Below are positions 37,071 through 64,000 of a stretch of DNA of 64,000 bases, piece after piece (within the stretch, counting starts at the first letter, position 1; each line of letters opens with the position of its first letter). Source of the stretch: Antedon mediterranea (lineage: Eukaryota > Animalia > Echinodermata); contig NC_092680.1 of the NCBI RefSeq assembly GCF_964355755.1, positions 21,089,045-21,153,044 of the forward strand. The letters are read 5' to 3'. Position numbers and translations under genes: made by a program. The notes beneath the pieces were generated by a model, which searched no databases, had not been told where the DNA came from, and saw only the letters and a list, made by a program, of their open reading frames with translations.

Positions 37071-37878
37071 TGTTATGCGCGATTTGAACGATTTGCGCAA
37101 TTTGAAATTGCGCAAAAAAATCCTTGCGCAATTTCAAATTGCGCAAAGAATTCTTGCGCAATTTAAAATTGCGCAAGGATTTTTTTGCGCAATTTCAAAT
37201 TGTGCAATCAACTTGCGAAATTTCAAATTGCGCAAGAAAATCTTTGCGCAATTTTAAATTGCGCTGCACAATTTGTAAATTGTGCAAGATAGTTCTTGCG
37301 CAATATGACACCTTTGCGCAATTTGAAAACGAACTGTAAATTTTCCCATACATGGCTAGGCTAGGCAGAGGAGTTTAAAATTTAGTATTTTATTATATAA
37401 ATAATAAGACCATTTCAATGAAGATAATGTTTAATACTCCCTTTTTAAGTTTTTAATATTAGTTTAAGCTAGGCCATGTAACCTAGTCAGTATCAGTAGT
37501 CCAGACCCTAGCTAGGCTAGAGTAGTAGGCTATAGCCGGCCGCCCCCGCCCCGCGCCCGCCTGGTGGAACACCACCGCTTCGTTTTCCTTCGTCGGTTCT
37601 TCGACGGTATGCTAACTTTACTTATAACAATATTTGCACTACTAAAATAAGGAAATGCGATATTTATCTTTAATTTTGAATCATTCTTAGAAATTACTAT
37701 AAAAATATGGGTGTGGATGATTTCACAATCTGTCGAAAAACCTTGCGCAATTTGCAGATTACTTGCGCAATTTAATACGTTGCTTGCGCAATTTGAAACA
37801 CATGTTTCAATTCAAATTGCGCAAGGATTTTTTTTGCGCAATTTCAAATTGCGCAAATCGTTCAAATCGCGAATAACA
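37071..37878. mobile_element. Non-autonomous Ginger-like DNA transposon
   Basis: TGT...ACA termini, ~60-bp TIR, 4-bp TSD TAGA (37067-37070, 37879-37882), subterminal arrays of TTGCGCAA. Confidence 0.8.
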
Positions 37879-38410
37879 TAGACATACACTGGGCCTATAG
37901 GCCTATAGCTAGTCCATCTACTACACGCCTGTACGGCAACATACCGAGAGATTGGCATCCTCCAGGCGGCCAGATCAAAAAGCCAAGCGCCGAGCGGTCT
38001 AATAATGATAAAGACTAGGCCTAGGCTATAATGAGGATGGCATGTTTAAACAAAAATAGCACAGGCGTGTTGTAGGAATACCTACCACTATAATAATATT
38101 TCTATTAGCCCATTAATTAACATAAACAACCATCCAAATTATAATTTCTTTTGCTCCCATCTGTCACCAAAAAGTTTCTACTTCCTAGCGCCCTCTCTCT
38201 TCTTTTTTTCCTTGACCTTTTTATTTTTTTATACGACGTTAATGTCATACTAAAAGTATATATTAAAAAGAAGATATCTCAATATCCTGAATTAATAGAA
38301 AGACATACATACTAAAAATAATATCTAATAAAAACAAGTTTTTGATTAATTTTTTTACGTACTTAATTCAGAGAATGAAAAGAATAATTATTTCCAAATC
38401 GGTCAAAGGT

Positions 38411-38466
38411 TATAGAAAGACGCCCTCTTTTTGGAAATCTCTTCATACTATTTGGTTTGCGTGCAT
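38411..38466 (+). promoter_or_regulatory. Putative RPS12 core promoter and non-coding exon 1 (TCT/5'TOP)
   Basis: TATAGAA at 38411; pyrimidine initiators CCTCTTTTT (~38424) and TCTCTTC (~38438); donor GTGAGT at 38467; next acceptor at 38604-38605. Confidence 0.55.
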
Positions 38467-38630
38467 GTGAGTTGCTAGTTAAAATCATTAAAAATCACAG
38501 TAATGATGCATCATTTATTAATATAAACAATATGAAATATAAGTTGAATAATGTGGTATATATTTGTAATGTTTATTTTATTTGTTTATGTTTTTTTATC
38601 TATAGCGAGGACGTCCGCTAAATTAACAAT

Positions 38631-41075
38631 ATGTCTGATGCGGAAGGGTAAGTGGTGAACATGTACCGTGTTGAATGATGGCCCAGTACGTTTATCCCTG
38701 CCCACTTTTAGATTGAACCAGAATGTTTAAACTAAACCGTCAATAATGTATTATTTATTTAGAAAAATGAATGATACTGACGGGCCTAGATGCCAACTGA
38801 ACCACCTATAGCCTAGCTAGCTAGGCCTATGTATGTATCTATCAGTATCAGATCCTATTGAGAAATACACAAAAGAGAATATATAATGTATTATAGGCCT
38901 AGGCTATCTATTTGAATATGTTATCGTAAATAAATTTATATAGGAGATACGGTACCGTAACAAATTGTGATTGCATTGGTCCTCGCACACACAACCATAA
39001 AAATCTAAAATTAACAATACCTCCCCACCTCGTCCAATATTTATGATTAATTTGTTACTATTTATAGAGATGACGCTCCCGTAGCTGCCCCAGCAGCAGC
39101 TGTTGGTGGCCCCATGGATGTAAACACCGCTCTACAAGAAGTATTGAAGACTGCCCTCATTCACGATGGTCTAGCCAGAGGCCTGCACGAAGCTGCTAAG
39201 GCACTTGACAAGTAAGATTCTGAAAACATTCCTTCAGTTTGACCAGTGTCCAACCAATCATTGATGGATTTCTATCGCTGTCTGAACAAAAAACAAATGA
39301 ACTCTTACACAATTTGTGTTTTTGTATAAAAAAGGCTTTTTTACTGATGATTTTGAGTGTTCTTAGCTTAAATATCGTAACAAGAAATTGAACCCAAGTT
39401 CTGTTTTGTATTGTATGTGCAATCCTGTGATGAATGGCACAAGCTCCCTCATCTTATGATCAGTGCTGAGTCTTGCCCATATCTCTCCAAACCATGTCTG
39501 AGGATTTTACTGCAAAGCCATCTTATTCATACATACAAACATCTAACTAAACAAATTCTTACCTTAGTACGAACATTGTAATGTTTTTGTGTTAATAAAT
39601 TTTAAAACAAGTCTGAATAACATAATATATTGATATAACATCGGTATATGCACATATATTTCTAATAAGGTACAAAGATAAATTAGTTTGTGAAAGCGTG
39701 ATTCTCTAAGATTAATATCTGTAATGTTTTAAATTTATGTTTTACATGTAAATCTGGTTTCAGCGATATTTAGAAAGTAACATTACATAACTGTTACCAG
39801 AGAATACTTTTTCTTTCTGAATATTATTACTAGTTGTATGATTACATTTCATTGACTATATTAACTTTAAACTGGTTTGTTTTTGTAGGCGTCAAGCTCA
39901 TCTTTGTGTGTTGGCCAGCAACTGTGACGAACCACAATACAAAAAACTTGTAGAAGCACTTTGTGCCGAGCACAGCATTGACCTTCTGAAGGTGATAACA
40001 TTCGTTTTCTATTCTATGATATTGTATAGAGAATACAAATTTAGTTTGTGATTTTCTTTAAAATGATGTTTTGCAACCGTTTCACTAGCAAATGAAATGG
40101 TAAAGTCTAGTGGAAAACATGATTTAGAAATATGAAGTTGTTATCCTGTGATGAATGGCACAAGCTCCCTCATCTTATGATCAGTGCTGAGTCTTGCCCA
40201 TATCTCTCCAAACCATGTCTGAGGATTTCATTGCAAAGGCATCTTTTATGCTTATGCTTACGTACAAACATCTTACAACAAAATTACATTTTTTTTTTAT
40301 GAAAACTGATTTGTATACCAAATACAGTTGTATTTCAACATGTTTTCTAACTTGTAGGTTGACGACAACAAGATGCTTGGTGAGTGGGCTGGCTTGTGCA
40401 AGATTGATCGTGAGGGCAAAGCAAGAAAGGTTGTTGCTTGTAGTTGTGTTGTGGTCAAGGTACTTTCATTGGTTAATTTCTTACTATAAATACCCAGCTT
40501 TGAAATTGACAGTTTAACAATCTGACACAGGTGTACTGGCCCATAATATCATCATATCATATTTATTATTTATTTTCCATATTATACAATAAAAAGACTG
40601 GAAGGAGGAAATAATTTGAGATTTTTTAACTTTAGGAAATAGTTGGTTGTGGGCGAAATGAATTCACTGAAACACGACGAGTAATGTTATAATTCATTTA
40701 GTATAGATTGAATTGTTGCCATGGTTACTGTCTGCATACATAATGTGCTTCTAGTCCAAAAATTGTTCTTGTTAATCTTTATCTTATTACCCTAGCAGCT
40801 TTTATTTTAAATATATTGCAAAGAAATGCATAAATTTGTTATTGTGAAATCCTATGATGAATGGCACAAGCTCCCTCATCTTATGATCAGTGCTGAGTCT
40901 TGCCCATATCTCTCCAAACAATGTCTGAGGATTTCACTGCAAACACACTATTTTACACATGTTTATTTCACATTAAATCTAACCTCGTCATCAATCTTAC
41001 ATTTTCTTGCAGGACATTGGCAAAGAAACCCCAGCCATGGATGTCCTAACCGAGCATTTCAAGAGCCAACACTAA
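38631..41075 (+). CDS. RPS12: 40S ribosomal protein S12 (eS12), spliced
   Basis: Exons 38631-38647, 39068-39211, 39889-39991, 40358-40459, 41013-41075 give MSDAEGDDAPV...[58 protein letters not shown]...[28 protein letters not shown]...EHFKSQH*. AATAAA at 41123. Confidence 0.97.
39421..39506 (+). ncRNA. Box C/D snoRNA copy 1 (SNORD100-like), RPS12 intron 3
   Basis: C box GTGATGA 39427, D box CTGA 39498, terminal stem AATCC/GGATT, guide CAAGCTCCCTC. Confidence 0.88.
40143..40226 (+). ncRNA. Box C/D snoRNA copy 2 (SNORD100-like), RPS12 intron 4
   Basis: C box 40148, D box 40219, stem ATCC/GGAT; core identical to copy 1. Confidence 0.88.
40844..40937 (+). ncRNA. Box C/D snoRNA copy 3 (SNORD100-like), RPS12 intron 5
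   Basis: C box ATGATGA 40854, D box 40925, perfect 9-bp stem GTGAAATCC/GGATTTCAC; ~75 nt upstream of the acceptor. Confidence 0.9.
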
Positions 41076-41574
41076 ACCATCTAACAGCTGGATTGCAATT
41101 TACAAGTTGTAAAATGTAATTTAATAAATATTTCTTGTACATCTGTGAATTGTCTCTTTGATTTTTATTTATCTTTGCTGTTAATAGTCGTACATTGATG
41201 GTTACTTATAATGCATTCACACAGAACAGATAAATAACAACATGCAAAATAATGTTGTAAGCTAAGGGGATTTATTTACTGAATACAGTACCACTTATTG
41301 GGGGAAATCCATAATGATTATTAAAGCATGTTTTCCACTATATGAATTCAGTAGCAATTTATCCAATCGTGGACCTATAATTATAGAAATTACAGAAAAG
41401 TCCGCCCCACCTTTTCCATTGCAGTACAGTAGCGAATAGCTGCGATTTTCATTTTCATCGCATGTCTGCTGAGCTGCTTGATTTGTAAATGCAAGCTTTG
41501 GTTGTGAAACTACTAATTTCACTGAAGTGGAAAACTCTTAACAAGAATTCATAGCAGAAAGGGGCTATGAATGA

Positions 41575-41785
41575 ATAACCTGCGACTTGCAGCCCACTGG
41601 GCTTAATTGCACACAGGTGTGGACGACGCATACCACAACTTTCGACTCCCCTAAAGATCCCTTCGTGTTGAGTGCTGCCACCAAACAGAGCCTGTTCATC
41701 TGTCCACGACCCCTACTCTTCCGAAAGCGCACACGAGCCAGATGTGTACACTGGACCTGCAGTTAGTCCTTATCCTAGAAGACTA
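41575..41785 (-). mobile_element. Probable SINE body
   Basis: GC-rich block containing ACCCCTACTCTTCCGAAAG; a similar motif (ACCCCCTACTTGTATCGAAAG) occurs at ~32187. Confidence 0.4.
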
Positions 41786-43364
41786 TCAAAAGAATTGTTG
41801 CGAATACTTTTCTTGTGATAGTTTTGTTAAAAGGGAAATGTTTCACTTCAAGTGTAATTGGTGAATATGGCCTCCGTGTTCCAAAGCTAATACTCTCTAC
41901 AGTATTGTAACATGAGTTTCCTAAAACATGATACAGTAAGGCTCTGTCTACACAATCAAATTTTATGTGCTTATATGGACATGATATATCGCTACCATAT
42001 TTGGCCACATCACACTTTTAGCTGACATTGGTTGAGGAAGTGCTATTCAAGACAAAACCAATAAAAACAACTAGTGTACAACAACCTATATGCCACTTAA
42101 TTGTATTACTACTGTATTAATATAAATGGTTAACAAATTTCATTTTTATCTATTTTCTTTATCTATTTCATGATCAAATTATTTCTTTGCAAAAATGTTT
42201 AAAAACAATTAACTAAAAATGGTTTAAAAGAGAAAGATTATTTTATTTATTAATAATTATACAGTATTTATTTTTAATTCTCCCCTGCACCAATTTTAAT
42301 GACCATTATACACTGTTTTGTACAATGCTATTTCCTGGTTTATTTTACATCAACATTTTTACACTCGTGCTAAACAGCGCATAGAGACTATTTGTATTTT
42401 GCGCTATATAAATTTAAAACCATTAAACTATTAAAATGAACTGATCGGTTCCAAATTTCAGGTCAAATAATCTATAAAAAAAAAACTAATAGAAATAACA
42501 AATTCATTAATTTACACAAATCCATAAAGTAATTGCTTTGATATTAATATTTACAACAATAATGAACATTTTAAATAATTAAAAAAATATTTAGAGTAGG
42601 AATAAAATACTATATCTAGTACTATAATAATAATGACAGTTAAAAATCTGTCATTTGTGGCATTTTTTTTTTTTTTTTTTATTATAGTGTCATTTTTATA
42701 TACAAAAACTACACCAACTGAAGATTTGAAAGTAAAGACTATATTTGATTCGTTTTATACTCTCGCTATAAGTACAACAAATACAAACTGATTTGAATTG
42801 AAAGAGTCGACTGGTGCAATTCTAAAATTTGCAAAACAGAAAAATAATACAATACTATTGATTAAATTTGAGTCTATCAGGAAATTCATAAACCTCTATT
42901 TTAACTACAGTACTGTAAAATCATAAAATGATTACATACAGCAAAATAGTTTAATTTAAATTAACACAAATATTGCATTCTATAGATTGGAATGATTTAC
43001 TTATCGAGAATCTTTGTGTATTTTCAATGAAATATAATTTTTGCTAACTATCAGCAATTTAAGACTAAATACTAGGTTTGTTTAAAAAAATTAAAATGGA
43101 TGAGAAAATAAAAATACCAAAAATAGTACATAAAGTATTATGTAAAATTTAAAAGAAAGGGGGAGAGCAGTGCAATTTTGACTGCAGTCACTGGATCCAG
43201 CCTTGAAACAGGTGGATAACCCTCAATGATAAACCAGCCTAAGCGGTGCAGTAATTAAATTTAAACATTGGCGTTATTTTCTCTCTACAGAAGTCAAAGG
43301 CCAATTACGGTTTATCCATGTAAGCTAGGCATGATATGGTGATAACATAGAAACATTGTCATTT

Positions 43365-45326
43365 CTAATCTATTGAATCAAAGTCAACGCTAGCAGAATT
43401 TAATTTGGGAAGTGTTACTGAAATGGAATGGTTGATTGGTTGGTGGTCATGGAATGTGCTCCATTTCCTACCCATTACATGATTTAGCATTAATATCTCT
43501 TTCTCCGTCCAGGCTTTTCTTTCTTCTTTCTTCTTTTCTTTCTTCTTCTTCGTATCTGAAGCTGCCGTGTCTTTTTTCCCCTCCGCCTCCTGTCTGGCTC
43601 TAATGACGTCTGCCAGCCTACCGCTTGATATCAGGTCTGTCACATCAAACAATGTCTCCATCACATCTTCTTTAGAACCACCTAGTATTTCATGAGGGGC
43701 ATCTTTTTTTAGAAGCTCCATAAACTCTTCAAAGTTTCTAAATGTTTTAGGCGTCTTCAAATTTTGCCGGATCTCACTTTCCATTTGATCTTTGACCGAC
43801 GTAGCAGACTCTTTCGTTTTCTGAGGCTTGTTTGCTTTCTCAGAACCTGTTGCCTTCGGAGATTCCGATGTTTTATGAGACTCTTTCTTAGACTGTTCCT
43901 CGAAATGTTTTCTATTTATACGAATTTCTGCTATCTTGCGTGGTTCACCATTTGCCATGGCCGTCATCGGTTCGATGGTTAATTGATTAGACTGCAAGAG
44001 GTCGTCTACGACGTCGGTAAATTTCCTCGTCGTTTGCGATTGAATCAGGTCAGTCATACGTGTTGCAAATGTTTTATTTTCGAGATCTCTTTGCATCTTT
44101 TCAACCTCTTCCTTTGACAAAAAATCATTGCTGTTCCCAGTCAGCTCTGTTCCTAGGTTTTCGTAGTAATTCTGTTCAACATCTGGTGGAGGGTATAAAG
44201 GTAAACCTTTCTGCACCTTTGACTTGTAAAGTAGGCTTTTCTCATATGGATAACGAACTAACATCTCTCCTGTCGTTTTTTTGTAGTAATCAAATCCATA
44301 TTCTACACTTTTAATTCTATGGTTTTTATGGCCGTCACATTCCTCACAGATCACAAGTTTGCATGTATAACAAAACCCACTTAAAGCGAGATTGTGTTCA
44401 ACACAATCAGGCTCTTTACCTGTGACTTCTTCTTTGTATTTTGTTACTGTACTGACGCTGTGGTTTTCTCTGCCTTTTACTTTATGACACACCATTAAAC
44501 ACAACTCGCACAGATACACGTCACACTTGTAACAGAATACATCGGGCTTCAGGCTACAAATTTTACAGAGGGAATCATCAATCTGTTTTCCTGCAATTGC
44601 CACACATATGGTATGATAACTAAAACTATTCTTTGGCAAAAGAGAAAGATCTCTACCACCTGGAAACTGCTGCATACACAGTGGGCACACCATACCATAC
44701 TCTCTGACAAACCCATACAAGCAATGCAAACAAAAAATGTGAAGACACGGTAAGGTTGTTGGTCTATGCAGGCATTTAAAACAAATGCGACAGATGATGT
44801 ACGTTTCATCGACACCAGTGAGTTCCTTCATAGAACATTCGATCACTTGTCCAGAAAGTCTATCTTTGCCCATATGGAATTTATCAGGCACCTGTAACAA
44901 AGGAACAATTTTAATTTTAAAAAATGTATTGAATGCAAATTTGTAATTGAATTCAGTGCATTTGTATATGAATGTGGTGCATTTTGATTGAACTCAGTGC
45001 ATTTTGATTGAACACAGTTCATTTTGATTGAACTCAGTGCATTTTGATTGAACTCAGTTCATTTTGATTGAACTCGGTTCATTTTGATTGAACTTAGTGC
45101 ATTTTGATTGAACTCAGTTCATTTTTATTGAATTCAGTGCATTTTATTTATAATTTGAGAATGAATTTGAATACACTGCATTTTATTACAATGTTCATTT
45201 CATTATTTTATTATTTTATGAATTAAACAGGATTGTTGGTTAAAAACTTACTTTGTATTTGAAGACATCCTCAGGTATTACCGACTCCTGGTTTGGATTT
45301 ATCATAAGTATTTGAAGACCTGACAT
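43365..45326 (-). CDS. TRIM-like RING / double B-box E3 ubiquitin ligase
   Basis: Exons 45326-45252 (MSGLQILMINPNQESVIPEDVFKYK) and 44891-43365 join in phase 0. C3HC4 RING CRIC...CLHIFCLHC...CPLC, B-box1 CKIC...CYKC...CELC...H, B-box2 CVEH...CYTC...CEEC...H. Upstream non-coding donor at 45670/45669. Confidence 0.88.
44945..45150. repeat. 20-bp minisatellite CATTTTGATTGAACTCAGT[G/T]
   Basis: About 10 units in the TRIM intron. Confidence 0.92.
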
Positions 45327-46792
45327 GCCTGTAATGGTTTCTGTTGGAAATTGTAACAAACATGTTACTGTTTAGTGTTAGTGTTTTCTTTCGATTAGAT
45401 TAGCCTTCTTTAGGCCTAGCTAGCCTAGGCTAGTAAAGTAGTAGGCCTACCTAGAATAAAAATGATGATTCTGGATGGTTGTAAATTGACAATCTAAATA
45501 ATCCACCCAGCAGATTTGGCCGTATTTAGGCCTTCAAAACTTGCCACACACTTGCTACAGCCTAGGCCTAGCTAGGCTAGCCAGGCCCCCCACCTTTCCG
45601 TCCGTCACTCTACATACGCGCGCTTGAATTGAATGTTTTGATGCAAAGCGGGAAGGAAAAATCACTCACCTCCAGCAAGCTAGGCCTGCAACGTTCTATA
45701 AAACTTAAAGTGTTGTTTTTGGAACTACAGCCTAGACTAAAGGGTTAATGTTAGATTTCAGGTACATCTAATTGTATAATTGGTGGTAAATTCCGAAACC
45801 TATTCATGGACAACATTTCAAGGAAGGTCTCTTTATTTTACAATTCTTAAAATAGCAACAAACATATGGAACGTCAAGTAGGAAGATTAGGCCTAGGCAC
45901 GTGATTTAACATTTATGAAGTTTAACATTATTTTCAGAAAGCAAACTCACTGTTTATTGAGTAGTAAATTAATATTCACAATACTAGTACTTAATTCAAT
46001 TGTATATTTATCATTAATATTGATATAACCTGACTGTAATGAATCCATACGAAAAATGTGAAAAGTAGCGTGCCATATTATTTGAATGCTTAAAAAAACA
46101 AAACAGAGGGCGCTAGACGCCTTTTTGCAAAAAAGCCGACAATAGTTTTCAGCCCAACTTTTTTTTCTTTATTCGATATCATAAATTTTATGTTTAGCGC
46201 CCTCAATTTCAACAGATGCAACGGACCTTAATTTTCTGAAGTTACAAAGGTACAATAATAATGGTTGAGAGCATGCAGAGTATTTTATGTTTTTGTGGGT
46301 TTTTTCTGTGTTATTCTATGAATAAAGTTGATTATTTACAGATTAATCATCAATCAATCGCAGTAGTCTGCCTTTTCAGAAATTAATTCTCATCATGCAA
46401 TTTTATTTTTCTTGAAGAAATTGATCGACAGGCAGATTATTATTATTAAACAATGTTTTATTTTAAATTCAGATAAGAGTCGTTCAAATGATAATGTAGA
46501 TCAAACTAAGGATCGTATCAGTCGATTGTGAAAAAATGTTCCACCGCCGAACCGATCGAAGTGTATCCTGTTCAGAATTAGTGTCAACAAACTTTTCGGA
46601 GAATTATGCAGGATTTAAAAACGAGGAGTAAAAATAAAGGATTCCCAAAACAAATGGCCATATGTAATCAACGATTACATATGTAATCAACGATTATTAA
46701 TGAATTATTAAATGCTTGTAGTTTTCAAATACTGTGACAGTGCCTACTTAAGTGTTTTCGTTAGCAACTATAAATTCATAGTAGGCTATCTA

Positions 46793-46960
46793 AAGCTCTG
46801 TCCACACTGTCAAACTAGTTTGACAAAAAAGTGTGATGTGCCCAAATATGGTAGTGATATGCCTAAATATGACAGTGATATGGCATCATGTCCATAATAT
46901 ATGGGCGCATCACATTTTTTTTCACATAAACTAGACTGAGTGTGATAGTGTAGACGAGTT
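46793..46960 (+). mobile_element. MITE family A
   Basis: AGCTCTGTCCACACTGTCAAACTAG ... TGATAGTGTAGACGAG. Confidence 0.85.
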
Positions 46961-47809
46961 TAGTCATGAAAACCACTTTCAGTAATTTCCTAGTACAGTA
47001 TTTTAAAATCAGCCTTAGATCAGAAGTCATTTGTCTGAATAATGTCAGTAATTTCTATAAAAATTACGACGTTCTTTAAGAAACTAAACAATATTATTAA
47101 AGGTTTTTCCCACCCATTACATCTCGAATATACAACTAACTGTACGGCCGCTTACACCGACGTACGTATAGGCCTACTATAAGAATGAAAATGAATTTTA
47201 AATTAATTGAATTAACTATTTTATTTTTTAATATAATGCTTTTGACCAATGATTCCTTGCAATACCTGATATTTTAACTTTTTTTTTAGTTTTCTCAGTT
47301 TTTACCTTTGTATATTAATTATTATTTTGCTTGTTTAGCATTTTTGAAAAATTTACGTTTGATTTCCAAAGTGACAATAGATATATTTGTAGGAAATTGT
47401 ATTTGGTACAAAAAATTTTACATTTTTTTTTAAATAAGGAGAATGATAAATAAGTCGAGGGTAATGTGGCTGTTTTCGTTAAGAGTTTTATACACTGTTC
47501 CAATATTTATTCACCTGGTTGCGTCAGAGTTGGTGGTATATGGGATTATTTTGTTATGACTCAACACTAGACATTGGGCGTTAGTTGGTTTAGACGGCGT
47601 TTTACATTATTGATTGTCAGATTAATACGAGACTCCTCCTGATATTGTTGCCTGTGTGCTACGCGGGTACGGTGTATATAAGATTGTTGACTTCCGTGTT
47701 TGTTTGTCACATTTTTCATAAAACATTGGAATTTAAAAACTCATGTTCTGAGAGGATTTGTCACAGGAGTAAGTTTATATCAGTGTGTGTTTATACACAT
47801 TGATTTGCG

Positions 47810-63886
<16,077 letters not shown>

Positions 63887-64000
63887 AGCGGATATCAACA
63901 ACTTCTGCAGCGATATTCCGATGCAAGCGGTTGCGTAATGAACTCGAAGCGCTACAATGTTGTTAAGTATTATATAATGAGAGTAATTCATTAATTGTCA

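Noticed and set aside
37578-37612. Pyrimidine tract plus GT as RPS12 exon 1
   Set aside because: Lies inside the Ginger-like element; a better TCT/TATA/GTGAGT candidate exists at 38411-38472.
37987-38002. GCCGAGCGGTCTAA, tRNA-Leu-like A box
   Set aside because: Only 14 nt; no B box or cloverleaf.
38670-38806. Fourth C/D snoRNA in RPS12 intron 2 (ATGATGG ... CTGA; TTATCCCTG complementary to 28S)
   Set aside because: Imperfect C box, poor terminal stem, and the complementary tract is not next to a D/D' box.
40078-40122. H/ACA-like hairpin ending in ACA (SNORA33 counterpart?)
   Set aside because: Only one hairpin; no convincing 5' hairpin or H box.

Overview
AT-rich animal genomic DNA, intron-containing and invertebrate (probably deuterostome/echinoderm-like; inferred from gene content and composition). 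Genes in order: DHX36 (minus, 14 coding exons visible, 3' end beyond the left edge), two tandem HS3ST1/5-clade heparan sulfate 3-O-sulfotransferases (minus), RPS12 (plus, missed by the ORF track) with three near-identical intronic SNORD100-like box C/D snoRNAs, a RING/B-box TRIM-like gene (minus) and a complete FRK/Src42A-type kinase (plus). Repeats: a 3.1-kb 25-bp satellite, many minisatellites, two PIF/Harbinger-type MITE families, a Ginger-like element, an RTE fragment and a scrambled L2/CR1-type LINE. Best leads: a hidden in-frame 60-nt cassette exon in the kinase domain followed by NOVA/RBFOX-type motifs; the triplicated snoRNA; a possible mitochondrial presequence on DHX36; HS3ST5-RPS12-FRK linkage as on human 6q; insertions that duplicate DHX36 splice donors; and TAGGCCTA vs TACAGTA word domains marking promoters vs gene bodies. 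All coordinates were read by eye and repeat edges are approximate.
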